64,000 bases of DNA from Eledone cirrhosa (taxonomy: Eukaryota), in NCBI GenBank assembly GCA_964016885.1, contig OZ024753.1, positions 45,074,001 to 45,138,000 on the forward strand, written 5' to 3'. The notes under the pieces were generated by a model that ran no database searches, had not been told where the DNA came from, and saw nothing but the letters and a program-made list of their open reading frames with translations. Made by a program: the position numbers and the translations under genes. Positions 38,638 through 52,769 of the stretch are shown one piece after another (position 1 is the stretch's first letter; every line of letters begins with the position of its first letter).

Positions 38638-39765
38638 TCAATATCCAATGTAAACATTTTAAAGTGAAACTTAGTTCTCATACACACATTATACACGTAT
38701 ACCTATGTTAGCCTGGAAGATGGACGTTAAACGAAGATGATGATGATGATGATATATATATATGTGCGTGTGTGTTTGTGTGAGTGTATTCTCAACATAT
38801 GTATCTACCACACCCTTGCTGCCAACCTCCATCTTGGCTTGTTAATCCTTCAGTCTTACTAAACACACAAATGTTGTATGGAACACTTAGGAGAGTGTGT
38901 GGTAATGTTTGGATATTGTGAAGAAGGAGTGGTGCAACAACTTTACTGCAACAACAACAACAACAACTACAGCAACAACTACAGCAACAACTTTACTGGA
39001 ACAACACCACAACCACCATTAACACTATCATTAACAACAACACCATCAACATCAGCAATGGCACCATCAACACCAATAACAACATCACCATCAACACTAC
39101 AACCATCAATAAAACAACACCAACACCACCACCAACAACACCAACAACACCTCCAACAACACCAACAACAACACCAACAACAACAACAACACCAACAACA
39201 CCTCCAACAACACCACCACCAACAACACCAACAACAACAACAACACCAACAACACCTCCAACAACACCACCGCCAACAACAACAACACCAACACCACCAC
39301 CAACAACACCACCAACAACAACACCAACAACACCAACAACACCACCAACAACAACAACAACACCAACACCACCACCAACAATAACAACAATCTACCGATA
39401 TTTACACTTCCATAGCGTGCCAGGTGGAAGAACACATTGGATTTGAAAATTGTATACGAGAAATAAATTTAATTCAACAAATTTCAATTAAATTATATTT
39501 TTGGTGACAATTCTTCTTTGGATGTTATCCCAGATCTCCAAGTATTCAGTAGAAGAACCAGACCAGATATAGATGTAGTACTCAATACAAGGATAAATGG
39601 TAGAGTTAGAATAATCTAAGTTACTTTCAGGTATGAGGTGGCAGGAGCAATGGGAAATGAAGTGTGCTGCTTAAGGAGACAATGTGCCACTCAGTCTAGA
39701 AATCATACGATTCTGCAATTGTGAGCACAACACCTTAACCACTAAACCACTTGCTCCCTCCACCC

Positions 39766-39812
<47 letters not shown>

Positions 39813-39934
39813 AATAAAGAGCTGTGAGCAATTAAAGGAATGGTACCAGATGACCAACATATAATTCTATGGCCAGACATGTAGAAACAAATCTTACTTT
39901 AGTTGTACACTAACACGTTAGTTCTCTCCAGAGA

Positions 39935-40665
39935 AGGTGGTGGTGTGGGGGGGAGGGGGTATGGTGTGATGTGGTGATGGTCTGGTAGTGTGGGGCAGTG
40001 GTGTGGTGTGGTGTGGTGTGGTGGTGTGGTGTGGTGTGGTGGTGTGTTAGTGTGGGGCGGTGTGGTTGTGGTGGTGTGGTGGTGTGGGGTGGTGGTGTGG
40101 TATGGTGTAGTGGTGGTGGTGGTGGTTGTAGTAGTGGTGGTGGTGGTAGTGGTGGTGTAGTGGTGGTAGTAGTGGTGGTGTAGTTGTAGTGGTGGTGTAG
40201 AGGTGATGGTGGTGGTAGTGGTGGTGGTGGTGGTAGTGGTGGTGGTGGTGGTAGTGGTGGTGTAGTGGTGGTGGTGGTTGTAGTGGTGGTGGTGGTGGTG
40301 GTGGTAGTGGTGGTGGTATAGTGGTGGTGGTGGTAGTAGTGGTAGTGGTGGTGTAGAGGTGATGGTGGTGGTAGTGGTGGTGGTGGTGGTAGTGGTGGTG
40401 TAGTGGTGGTGGTGGTGGTAGTGGTGGTATAGTGGTGGTGGTGGTGGTAGTGGTGGTGTAGAGGTGATGGTGGTGGTAGTGGTGGTGGTGGTGGTAGTGG
40501 TGGTGTAGTGGTGGTGGTGGTGGTAGTGGTGGTATAGTGGTGGTGGTGGTGGTAGTGGTGGTGTAGAGGTGATGGTGGTGGTAGTGGTGGTGTGGTGGTG
40601 GTGGTGGTAGTGGTGGTGTAGAGGTGGTGGTGGTGTGGTGGTAGTGATGGGGGTGTGGTGGTGTT
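39935..40665 (+). repeat. (TGG)n/(TAG)n low-complexity tract
   Basis: Directly visible. Confidence 0.93.
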
Positions 40666-42002
40666 ATATAATTTAAGGGGCTGGACCTATTTGGTTCTCA
40701 CCTGCTTAATACTGCAATAACTACAATTATATATATGTATATATATACACACCTCCCCAACCACATATATAGGTATATGTGCAGGTGTGTGTATGTGTAT
40801 GTGTGGTTGCGTGTATGTGTGCAAGTGTGTATGTCTGCACAGTTGTGTGTGTGATTGTGTGTGTATGTGCGTACAGGTGTGTGTGTGTGTGTGTGTGAAA
40901 GTCTATGTGCATGTGTGATTGTGTGTGTTTGCAGGTGTTTGTGTATGTGTATGTGCAGCTGATCGTGTGTGTTTGCAGGTGTGTATGTGTATGTGTATGT
41001 GCAGCTGATCGTGTGTGTTTGCAGGTGTGTATGTGTATGTGTATGTGCAGCTGATCGTGTGTGTTTGCAGGTGTGTATGTGTGTGTGTGTGTGCAGGTGT
41101 GTGAGCTAATGCAAACACATGTTCGGCAGAAATGTCTGTAAACTAAACACACACAGACACCTCTATTTATACATACATACACACATACATGCATCCATAC
41201 ACACACATACACACATACATCCATCCATACACACACACACATACATCCATACATACACACACACATACATCCATACACACATACATCCATACACACATAC
41301 ATCCATGCATACACACACATATCACCATCATCCAATTTTTTATGCTAGCATGGGTTGGACGAGGCAGGTGTTAGTTGGAGGAGGTGTTGGACAGGACATG
41401 GGCTGGACAGGAAATGGCTGGAGGGGGGCGGTGGATGGAGTAGGTGTTGGATGGGGAGGTGTTGGATGGGGAGGTGCTGGAGGGGGGAGGTGTTGGATGG
41501 GGGGGATGTTGGATGGGGAGGTGCTGGACATGGGAGGTGCTGGGCAGGTCATGGGTGGAGGGGGAGGTGTTGATTGGGGGGGGGGGGGGTGAAGAGGTGC
41601 TGGACAGAGGAGGTACTGGCCGGGGCAGGTGCTGGATGGAGGAGGTGCTGGATGGGGGAGGTGCTGGATGGGGGAGGTGCTGGATGTGTGTGTAATTCTA
41701 AGTCACTTAATACTGTCACGATCAAATCATTGAGTTTCACTTTAGACAATGAACGGATGAGAAGAAGAAGAGAAGCCAACCAATTAATTGATCTTTCTAA
41801 TTGGAAAGTAATGGAGGGAACTTCCATAGGGGAGGAGATATCATCATCAGAGTTTAGTGTCCATGGCATGGGTTGGACAGGGTGTCCATATTGAGAGACA
41901 AGTATGGCCACAAGTGACCACCACGTACCTTGCTCCAATGAGGCTGGGGAGATGACAGGTGCATCACTTTCCTAACACTAACTACATTTACAGTGTGGGA
42001 CT

Positions 42003-42065
<63 letters not shown>

Positions 42066-42108
42066 CACATATATATTATATACATATATATTATATACAT
42101 ATATATAT

Positions 42109-42192
<84 letters not shown>

Positions 42193-42214
42193 ATATATAT
42201 ATATATATATATAT

Positions 42215-42252
<38 letters not shown>

Positions 42253-42334
42253 ATATATATATATATATATTATATACATATATATTATATACATATACAT
42301 ATATATTATATACATATACATATATATTATATAC

Positions 42335-42368
<34 letters not shown>

Positions 42369-42432
42369 ATATACATATATATATGTATATATATACATAT
42401 ATACATATATATATACATATATATATACATAC

Positions 42433-42561
<129 letters not shown>

Positions 42562-42789
42562 ACCTCCAACAAGAACCACACCACCACCTCACCACACCAC
42601 CACCACCACCACTACCACCACCACCACTACACCACCATACCACCACTACCACCACCACACCACACCACCACTACCACCACCAATGATATCAACTATATAA
42701 TCAGCCAAGACAGTAAATATTTACAATAGTGACTGGTCCTAACTGACAGAAGTTCACTGAGAAATTATTTCAATGTAAGTATTATACCT

Positions 42790-43340
42790 TTATACTATAC
42801 TATGTACTACATACTATACTATATACTACAAACTATACTATGTACTACATACTATACTATATACTACAAACTATACGATATACTACATACTATACTATAT
42901 ACTACAAACTATACTATATACTACATACTATACTATATACTACAAACTATACTATATACTACAAACTATACTATATACTACAAACTATACTATATACTAT
43001 ACTACATTATATATATACTATACTAAATATGTTTATACTATATATATATATATATATACTATATATAATATTGTATATATGTTTATATTATATATACTAT
43101 ACTATATACTACACTATACACTATATACTATACTAAATATGTTTATACTATATATATATATATATATACTATATATAATATTGTATATATGTTTATATTA
43201 TATATACTATACACTACACTATACACTATATACTATACTAAATATGTTTGTACTATACTATATATATATATATTTATACTATACTATATCTAATATTTTA
43301 TATATGTTTATATTATATATACTGTGCTATATACTATATA
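42790..43340 (+). repeat. (TACTA)n-based satellite
   Basis: Directly visible. Confidence 0.9.
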
Positions 43341-43449
43341 TTCAGGGCTGGACTAACTTATAGCTAAGGGCCACCCACCCTCAGGGGTCTCACTTTTTAA
43401 AATATTTTTATTTTATCATTAGTTTTTATTCTTTAAAATTAAATCATCT

Positions 43450-43494
<45 letters not shown>

Positions 43495-43579
43495 AATAAT
43501 AATAAATTTGAAGACTAAAATCCAAAGAGGGCTCGATAAGGATAAATATATATCAAATATATAAGAACCGTAGAGCAAA

Positions 43580-43667
43580 TATTTATTAAAATAACAGATT
43601 AAAGTTTAAGCAAAGGGTGAAAGCAGCGATTCTTTGCTTAAACTTTAATCTGTTATTTTAATAAATA
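43580..43667. repeat. Inverted repeat (36-bp arms) inside a Penelope-type relic (element 43494-43670)
   Basis: Family also at 11948-12118, 37592-37748 and 51931-52140. Confidence 0.9.
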
Positions 43668-43843
43668 AATATATATATATATATATACACACATTTATAT
43701 ATATACATAAATTTATATATATATATATACACACATTTATATGTATATATATATATGTAAAAGGTAAACAGAAATAACAACACAATCGGTACAGTATATT
43801 GAAGGGATATATTAGGTTAACGCTTGATATAGCAGGAAGAGGG

Positions 43844-43879
43844 TCTTAACGTTTCGGACGCTAGTCCTTCATCAGAAAA
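43844..43879 (-). ncRNA. Canonical Penelope-type minimal hammerhead
   Basis: uuuu CUGAUGA a ggac-uagc-gucc GAAA cg UU aaga. Confidence 0.8.
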
Positions 43880-44488
43880 AAGAATGAAAAATAAGATAGA
43901 TTAAAGGGACAGGTGGGTTGGAATTGGAAAAAATGTCTTTAGATAAAAATAACAAGTCCATTCATGTTGACATCTCTTGCAAAACTGTTGGTGCTGGCGT
44001 TTTGTGTATGATTTATTTTTACACATTGATATATATATATACAAATACTTTATATTTATAACTGTTGAGTGGGTCATAAATTTTGAGTTTATGCTGACAA
44101 ATCATGCACTGTACAAATATTTTCTGTCTCCAGGGTCTTATATTCCAACTTGTTACACTGTTTTACATAGTTAAACAATGTATGTAGAAGCTGCTAAGTT
44201 TCAGGTAGCATAAATTAAATATATATATGTGGTTGGTGTTAGGAAGGGCATCTAACCATAGAAAACCTGCCAGATAGTCCTATATGAGCGAGACATGGTC
44301 ACCTGACCAATCTTGCCTCAAGTGGGACAACTCCCGTCTAAGCCATGCTAGCGTGAAAGGTAGACGTTAAACAATGATGATGATGATGATGATGATACAT
44401 ATATATATATAACAAAGGAATTGTGGTAAGGAACCAAATGAACCATAACGCACCAGAGTACTCAATACTTAGGGTAGTAGAGTGGGAA

Positions 44489-44608
44489 ATAGGAAAAAGT
44501 ATGACCCCCAACGGCAGAGCTCAAACTGTTTCGACGGCTATTTCTGGAGTCCAGAAATAGCCGTCGAAACGGTTTGAGCTCTGCCGTTGGGGTCATACTT
44601 TTTCCTAT
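44489..44608. repeat. Palindrome (arms of about 59 bp) inside a Penelope-type relic (element about 44410-44608)
   Basis: Centre ctgga-g-tccag, GAAAC motif in the arms. Family also at 5453-5598 and 45945-45982. Confidence 0.9.
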
Positions 44609-44780
44609 ATATATATATATATATACATGCGATATATACATACGAGAAAAACCACAACAGAAACACAAACCCTCTATCTCAATTCTACTTTTGAAATACA
44701 TAAGAACTGTGAAACTGGTAAAGTAAATAAATATTCTTAAAAGACTCCAGTTGCATTTTCAATTTCTTTTCCTTAAATTT

Positions 44781-44839
<59 letters not shown>

Positions 44840-44902
44840 CATATATACATATGCGAAAAGTAAATGGAAAACATCACAACAAACGATACAGTACAAGGAA
44901 GA

Positions 44903-45745
44903 TACTACCATCACCACCACCACCAGTGTTACACCACCACTACCATCTGTATTACATCATCGCCACCACCATCACCACCAGCGTTACACCATCGCTACCA
45001 CCACCACCACCAATACTACACCAACATCACCATCACCAGTGTTACACCCCCCACCGCCAGTGTTACACCATCACCCCCACCCACAGTGTTACACCACCAC
45101 CACCACCAATACTACACCCCCCACTGCCAGTGTGACACCCCCAATACTACACCCCCCACCACCAGTGTTACACCATCACCACCACCACCAATACTACACC
45201 CCCCACCACCAGTGTTACACCATCACCACCACCCCCAATACTACACCCCCCACTGCCAGTGTGACACTCCCAATACTACACCCCCCACCACCAGTGTTAC
45301 ACCATCACCACCACCACCAATACTACACCCCCCACCACCAGTGTTACACCATCACCACCACCACCAATACTACACCCCCCACCACCAGTGTTACACCATC
45401 ACCACCACCCCCAATACTACACCCCCCACCACCAGTGTTACACCATCACCACCACCACCAATACTACACCCCCCACTGCCAGTGTTACACCCCCAATACT
45501 ACACCCCCCACCACCAGTGTTACACCATCACCACCACCCCCAATACTACACCCCCCACCGCCAGTGTTACACCCCCCACCGCCAGTGTTACACCCCCCAC
45601 CGCCAGTGTTACACCCCCCACCGCCAGTGTTACACCCCCCACCGCCAGTGTTACACCCCCCACCACCAGTGTTACACCATCACCACCACCGCCAGTGTTA
45701 CACCCCCACCGCCAGTGTTACACCCCCACCGCCAGTGTTACACCT
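44903..45745 (+). repeat. C-rich higher-order minisatellite (ccagtgttacacc / ccaatactacacc modules)
   Basis: Directly visible. Confidence 0.93.
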
Positions 45746-46045
45746 ATCTATTAAGAAGCTATCAACCAACAGTTTATGTGAAGTAGTTCTCTTAACATTA
45801 AACCAACACAAATGTTAGTGTTAAACCCTACACAATGGTTCACTAGATCCCTTATCTCAAATAGTTCCTTGAGATTAACACATCACACATATATACATAG
45901 CTATATATCTTTCTATATACATGTGTATATATACCATAAGTTAACCCGGAGCTCAGCTGTCGGGGTCCTGATTATTTTCCTTTATGTATATACACACACA
46001 CATATTTATATATATATATATCTATATATATACATATACATATAT

Positions 46046-46150
<105 letters not shown>

Positions 46151-46186
46151 CATATATCTATATATACATATACATATATCTATATA

Positions 46187-46217
<31 letters not shown>

Positions 46218-46226
46218 ATATACATA

Positions 46227-46270
<44 letters not shown>

Positions 46271-46335
46271 CATATATACATATACATATATATATACATA
46301 CATATATATATATATATACATACATATATATATAT

Positions 46336-46378
<43 letters not shown>

Positions 46379-46919
46379 CATATATATATGTGTGTATATA
46401 TATATATGTGTGTATAAATATATATAAGTGGTAGAATAGATCTCTTATCTCCAATAATTCCTTGATCCCTTAAGGATTAACACACACCCTCACATATATA
46501 AACATATATCATCATCATCATCAACATCAACATTTTATGTCTATTTCCCATACCTGTATGATTAAGACAATTTATTATATTCTGAGAGTAGACATGTCAT
46601 TTGACAGCACACCTCCCAACACCACCCATTTGTTCCATTCTGTCATTGTTTTAACACCTGGACACCTTTTCTTATGCTAAACTACCTTACAGGGTGGACT
46701 GGGTGTAGTTTATTGTGACACTAGCACCACATTACAGGGTGGACTGGGTGCTGTCTACTATGGCACCACTACCTCACTAGAGTGGACTGGGTGTAGTTTA
46801 TTGTGACACTAGCACCACATTACAGGGTGGACTGGGTGTAGTTTATTGTGAACCAGGGAGAAAGTAAATATTGGGTCTTGGAGGTGGCCTTGAAGAGAAT
46901 GAGTGCTCACTGGGATATA

Positions 46920-47118
46920 TCATCATCATCATCATCATCATCATAATTTTACGTTTGCTTTTCCCTGCTTGCAAGGGTGGGACGGGTCCTATTCAGCACA
47001 GCATCTCTCCACCTGTTACGGTCCTTTGTCATCTCCTCCGTCAGCTTCAACAATCTGAGGTCTCCTCTCACCACCTCCGCCCATGTTTTTCGTGGTCTTC
47101 CTTCTACTGGCATTTCTT
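46920..47118 (-). mobile_element. RTE-B 3' fragment
   Basis: Homologous to 37758-37960. Confidence 0.85.
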
Positions 47119-47251
47119 ATTCAGTGGTCAACGGGTGGTGGTGCCAATATGAGTACTCAATGCACAAGTAGAGGCTATACATATTAAGAAAAAGCAATTA
47201 ACTTTTGTTTATCTCTCAATATATATCTCAAGGAAGTAATAAAACTTCCAC

Positions 47252-47303
<52 letters not shown>

Positions 47304-47512
47304 GACTGAAGGTTTAGGTGGGGGTGCTACAGTGAAAGCTATACATATATATATATCTGTTGAAGTTTTATTACTTCCTTGAGAGAAGGAGAATGATGGA
47401 GAGAGAGAGTGTGAGAGACTGGGACAAAGAAAGAGTGATGGGGAGGTAGAGAGTTAGAAATGGAGAGAGAGTGACAGAGAGAGAGAGAGAGAGTGACAGA
47501 GAGAGAGAGAGT

Positions 47513-47567
<55 letters not shown>

Positions 47568-47924
47568 AACAATGACACACCTGTAGACTTGACACCTATA
47601 ACACAGATTTGGTACAACTGCAAAGTTACTTTCTGTAATTCTATTAACACAGATAAATCTGGGTATAGTAGTTCTATTAATAAACTACCAAAGAGGGATG
47701 ATTGACCTGCTAGAAATAGCAGTCAAATTACTGTCAAAACTTACTTTTCACTTGTAAAGAAAGACAGACAATAATCTACCCTGTAGTCCAAGGTAGATTA
47801 TTCCGGAAAACCTTGAGACTTTGGAATAAACAACATCAGTTATTTGTGGTGGGATTTCTTTCATCAATGTGTGTGGATCTATATATACATACATATGGAT
47901 GTATATATGTATATATACATATAG

Positions 47925-48040
47925 CATCATCATCATCATCATCATCATTTTACGTCCGCTTTTCCCTGCTTGCAAGGGTGGGACGGGTCTTATTCAGCAC
48001 AGCATCTCTCCACTCGTCATCTCCACCGTGAGCTTCAATG
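47925..48040 (-). mobile_element. RTE-B 3' fragment
   Basis: Homologous to 37758-37880. Confidence 0.85.
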
Positions 48041-48265
48041 ATGTATATATGTATATATACATATATGTGGATGTATATATGTATATATACATTTATGTGG
48101 ATGTATATATGTATATATACATATATGTGGATGTATATATGTATATATACATATATGTGGATGTATATATGTATATATACATATATGTGGATGTATATAT
48201 GTATATATACATATATGTGGATGTATATATGTATATACACATTTATGTGGATGTGTATATATATA
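48040..48265 (+). repeat. 30-bp minisatellite x7
   Basis: gatgtatatatgtatatatacatatatgtg. Confidence 0.93.
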
Positions 48266-48948
48266 TTTATATATATATAAATGTATCATCCTCATCATTT
48301 AATTTTCACTTTCCTTGCTAGCAAAGATTCTATATATGTATATATGTGTGTGTGAGTGTGTGTAAAGGTGTGACTGTATATGTGACTGTGTGTATAAAGG
48401 TGTGACTGTATATGTGACTGTGTGTATAAAGGTGTGACTGTGAGACCTCTTATGTCAACACTATCCCACACTACCAATATACATAACATTAGGGTTAACT
48501 TTCCTTCCTGTTGGGGCAAATACCAAATGGAATGGCTTTGTACATGTCTGTACATGTATACGGCTGTCTACATATATATATATATATATTGATTGACTAA
48601 ATCTCTTTAATGTGGTGCTCCAGCATGGCCACACTCTAATGACTGAAACTACTTAGAGAATATCATCATCATCATCATCATCATCACTATCACCACCACC
48701 AAAATCCTCATCATCTACTTAGTTTTTATCTATATTTTCTTCCATTCCAGATAGTCCACTGATTCAGGATTTCAACTTTACCTGACACCATTATGACCAA
48801 TTTTGATCTCGTCTTTAAAAAGAAATCCCCCAAAATGTTACTGTCTCTGATGTTGAATGAGAAATGGTTGGAAAAATAATGTGGCATAGATAATCCAAAA
48901 TAGAAACAAACATTTGAAAAAGAACAGAAGAAATTGCAGTTGGAAGTG

Positions 48949-49410
48949 ATAACCTTTCGTTACCATATTTCTAATAAAAGACACTGTCTATGTCATTAAC
49001 CCTTTCATTACCATATTTCTAATAAAAGACACTGTCTATGTCATTAACCCTTTCATTACCATATTTCTTATAAAAGACACTGTCTATGTCATTAACCCTT
49101 TCATTACCATATTTCTCATGAAACACACAGTCTATGATTTTTCAAACCAATTTTGAAAAGAATTGAAAATTTACAGTGATATAGTTATATAGCTAACTTA
49201 AATTTTTCATTAATAAAATGTTGTTCTTACATAAAACTATGATGGATGGGTTTGTAGATAAATATAAACACTTGAAAATAAATATTTTTGTATCATAAAA
49301 CCGGGACAAGTTTTAGGGAATTTTGTATCATAAAACCAGGACCAGTTTTAGGGAGTTTTGTATCATAAAACCAGGACCAGTTTTAGGGAGTTTTGTATCA
49401 AAGGGGTTAA
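48949..49410. mobile_element. Second TTAA MITE family with tandemly reiterated termini (48 bp x3 left, 35 bp x3 right)
   Basis: (a/t)taacc(c)tttc.ttacca ... gtatcaaaggggttaa. Relatives at about 29596-29836 and 62150-62294. Confidence 0.75.
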
Positions 49411-49481
49411 ACAAAATTAAAGGGAACAATTAATAAAAGAAAATTCTGAGTAGAAGGAAGAAAGGAAGGAAGGAAGGAGGG

Positions 49482-49618
49482 ATGGAGCAATTAAAGCAAT
49501 TAAAGGAAGAAGAAGAAAGAAAAGTTGCAGAGAAACGGTACCAAAAACAGATGGAATGGTACAGAAGAGAACTGACCAACAAAGAACCTGCAGTTTGCTT
49601 ACAATGGCCTGAATATGT
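49482..49618 (+). CDS. DTHD1: DTHD1-like gene, probable first coding exon (MEQLKQLKEEEERK...LQWPEYV)
   Basis: ATG 49482 with in-frame stops upstream (49431-49436). Donor GTAACT in phase 2 joins the exon at 50015 in frame. Confidence 0.65.
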
Positions 49619-50014
49619 GTAACTATGGTTACAGTTTCTCTTGTGTGTAAACTAAATGAGTTGTCTGTTGTTGTGAGGTGTTTCTTGTTGTAGGGTGTCA
49701 GTTGTTGTTGTGAGGTGTTTCTTGTTGTAGGTTGTCAGTACTGATTGTGTTGTTATTTCTGTTTACCTTTTACACATATATATATATTTAATTAGAAAGT
49801 AAACAACACAAAACTACTCCATTACCAAAGGTTTCTGGATCTCAGACAATAATAATATACGTCTGGATTGGATGTTTCCTTAGCTTTTCCTTCGGAATTA
49901 CCTAACATATATATATAACTGTGTGTGTGTGTGCATGTATATGTGTATGAGTTTTGGTGTCTATACACCTCTTCCTTCGTTATGTCACCATATATCCTAT
50001 ATCCTTCCAATTAG

Positions 50015-50210
50015 ATATGAAATCAATCCTAAGGTCTATGATATCAGTGTTGGATGTGTGATCCGTGCTAAGTCCACCAACTTTAAACCCAGCTGTTTAC
50101 GATGTGATGTTATCCAACAACAACAAAATACATTTACATATGAACACCAGGAGGAACTGGTCAGTTTTATTATAGAAATTACACCATCGGACACTTTGGA
50201 AAATATTGAT
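50015..50210 (+). CDS. DTHD1: DTHD1-like exon 2 (YEINPKVYDISVGCVIRA...EELVSFIIEITPSDTLENID), ZU5-like
   Basis: ccaattAG acceptor, GTAAGT donor. EELVSxIIEI is ZU5-like. Confidence 0.88.
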
Positions 50211-50381
50211 GTAAGTCAAAGTTCTTTAACCTTTGTTATGTCACATCTATTGTTGCTTCAAACAAATTACAACACTTTCTAATCAGCATTTAGGTGTTCA
50301 ACTGGAGAGACCCTTAATCCTCTATCACATGTTATCACAGAGACCCCCAACCCTCTATCTAATGTTATATTTCTATTACAG

Positions 50382-50516
50382 GAACCTTTATTCATTGCAA
50401 TCCCACATTTCACATCAAGGACCAGTGCTATCACGCGTGAGGTTTTCATAAAAATGAAGAAGGGCAGTTGTTGGTGTGAGGTGTCAACTACAGAGATCAT
50501 CCTCGATTCACATAAG
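50382..50516 (+). CDS. DTHD1: DTHD1-like exon 3 (EPLFIAIPHF...REVFIK...W)
   Basis: ttacAG / GTAAGG, 135 nt, phase 0. ZU5 P.x.AIPH and RE.V motifs. Confidence 0.9.
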
Positions 50517-51061
50517 GTAAGGGTCATCATGTATGTAGTAGTAGTAGTATGTAATAGTAGTAGTATGTGGTAGTGGTAGTAGTAGTAGTGGTGGTGGTGG
50601 TGGTGGTGGTAGTAGTAGTAGTGGTGGTGGTAGTGGTAGTAGTAGTGGTAGTAGTAGTAGTATGTGGTAGTGGTAGTAGTAGTGGTAGGTGTTGTAGTAG
50701 GAACAGTTGTTTTGAGCCCCCCCAAAGTACTGTATATCAACCACTTAAAACTTTTCAGGAATTGATTGACAAATTCCCAGACCTCATTCATTTCCTGAGT
50801 GGGGTGAAGCTCGTCAAATTGGACCAACTTCTGGCAGAAAGAGCAACATGGAATAAAGTGTCTTGCTCAAGGACACAACTCATCACCCAGTCTGGGAATC
50901 GAACTCATAACCTTACAACTCTTACCACTAAGCCACACAGCTTCACTTTTTAAAACTATTTCAACCAATATTTGGGTTTCACAATATATTTACTTGTGTA
51001 TATATATATATATATACAATATATTAACAAATGGAAACTATATTTATAAAACCATATTTAT

Positions 51062-51120
51062 ATTATTATCAATATTTCAAGGGCCACCAAGGCAAATTAT
51101 GGTGCGCTTTCATCAGATAA
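51062..51120 (-). ncRNA. Hammerhead ribozyme, antisense in DTHD1 intron
   Basis: uuau CUGAUGA aagcgcacca...ugguggcccuu GAAA uauuga UA auaa. Confidence 0.65.
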
Positions 51121-51524
51121 AATACAATACAGATTAGTTTTATAAATAAATATTGACATACCCTGAAAAAAGACAACCTTAACGGTTGGAGCTTCCTGGA
51201 TAGTGGGAGATATTACATTTATTGAGGGTGATAGAAGGTTATGAGTGAGTATGCAAATGAGTATCCAAAAGGTTGAAAAGATAACGGTTTATTTAAATTA
51301 AACTGTTGGAAGAAGGTGATATTGTGAGGGAGAGAGAACAAATTTTTTAAGCTTGTTGAATCCCAACAAATTAAATATAACCTCTGCATATATATATATA
51401 TATTTGTGTGTGTGTGTATATATATATATATTTGTGTGTGTGTGTATATATATATATATTTGTGTGTGTGTGTATATATATATGTGTGTGTGTGTGTGTA
51501 AAATATCTATGTTTTATATGGCAG

Positions 51525-51707
51525 GATATGAACTTTGCTCAAACATTGCTGAAGGCTCCAGCCATGTTTGCCGTGGTAACCAGATTGAAGCGCGACTACA
51601 TCACTTTCACTAACTCACCATCAAAAGTTGTATCATCTTATGATCAAAGGATTACTTTGTCTACAGACAGGAACTGTTTTACACAGAATGAACACTTGCT
51701 ACTCACA
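51525..51707 (+). CDS. DTHD1: DTHD1-like exon 4 (DMNFAQ...FAVVTRLKRD...SSYDQRITL...LLT)
   Basis: gcAG / GTAAGA, 183 nt, phase 0. FAVVxR is the ZU5-ZU5 junction motif of ankyrin/PIDD/DTHD1. Confidence 0.9.
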
Positions 51708-52275
51708 GTAAGAACTTTTCAACATTCTATTGTATTTCTACATAAGATAACATTGTTTCACACACAATAAATCATGTTTGGTTTCTTTAACAAATTTATC
51801 TTATTTCTAGATCACATATGTTTACTACTTTTCTGTTAATCTCAATTTCTACTTTTAGACTAATGTGCATGGATATATATATATATATATATATATATAA
51901 GTATACTTGTTTACATCCATATGTGTTTATATATTTATTAAAATAACATTAAAGTTTAAGCAAAAGATCACTGCTTTCACCTGCTGGAGATATCTTTTAA
52001 GGGTGAAAGCAGCGATTCTTTGCTTAAACTTTAATCTGTTATTTTAATAAATATTTGCTCTATGGTTCTTATATATTTGATATATATTTATCCTTATCGA
52101 GCCCGCTTTGGATTTTAGTCTTCACGTTTATTATTATTACTATATATATATATATGTATGTATATACTGAATACTTAGTTCCCAAGTGATAATTTTTTAA
52201 TGATTTAATTCTCCAAGTGTTCTGTTTCCAATCCTATGACAGTTCTTTATTGTAAATTGTCTTCCCCTTACTCAG

Positions 52276-52404
52276 GCCCAGCCAGTAGATAGCGCCACAG
52301 TTACAGACCTCCGTACACACAGCAACACACTGAAAGGATTGCTATCTTCCAGTCCTATTATATTTACAGAATGGGAAAGTACTGAGTTTACAACACCTAT
52401 CTTG
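52276..52404 (+). CDS. DTHD1: DTHD1-like exon 5 (AQPVDSA...LSSSPII...FTTPIL)
   Basis: ctcAG / GTATGT, 129 nt, phase 0. QPVD...SPI...F..PI motif of the second ZU5 domain. Confidence 0.9.
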
Positions 52405-52769
52405 GTATGTCTCTCTCTCTCTGTTGCTTTGGTATGTCTCTCTCTCTTTGTTTCTTTTATATTCAAACATCCACATAATTGTAACCCCCACCACCACTTC
52501 CAGCCTCAGCAACACCACTACCACACTCACCACAACCAACCCCACCACCACCACCAACACCACTACTACCACCACCACAACCACTACTAGCCTCACCACC
52601 ACAACCAGCCTCACCACCAACACAACCACTACCAGCCTCACCACCAACACCACCACAACCAACAACAACAACCCCACCACTACCACCACACCACCACCAA
52701 CAACAAAACAACCCCCTTCCCTGCTCAGATGTTATTTCCCTTGCTCCATTCTACCATTGTCCTTCCCAG

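Noticed and set aside
41400-41690. G-quadruplex regulatory element (also 5860-5920)
   Set aside because: G-runs are real but arise from a degenerate repeat (tggatggggaggtgc); no nearby transcription start identified.
44751-45818. Pro/Thr/His-rich mucin-like ORFs
   Set aside because: C-rich minisatellite open in several frames, with no splice-supported link to a gene.
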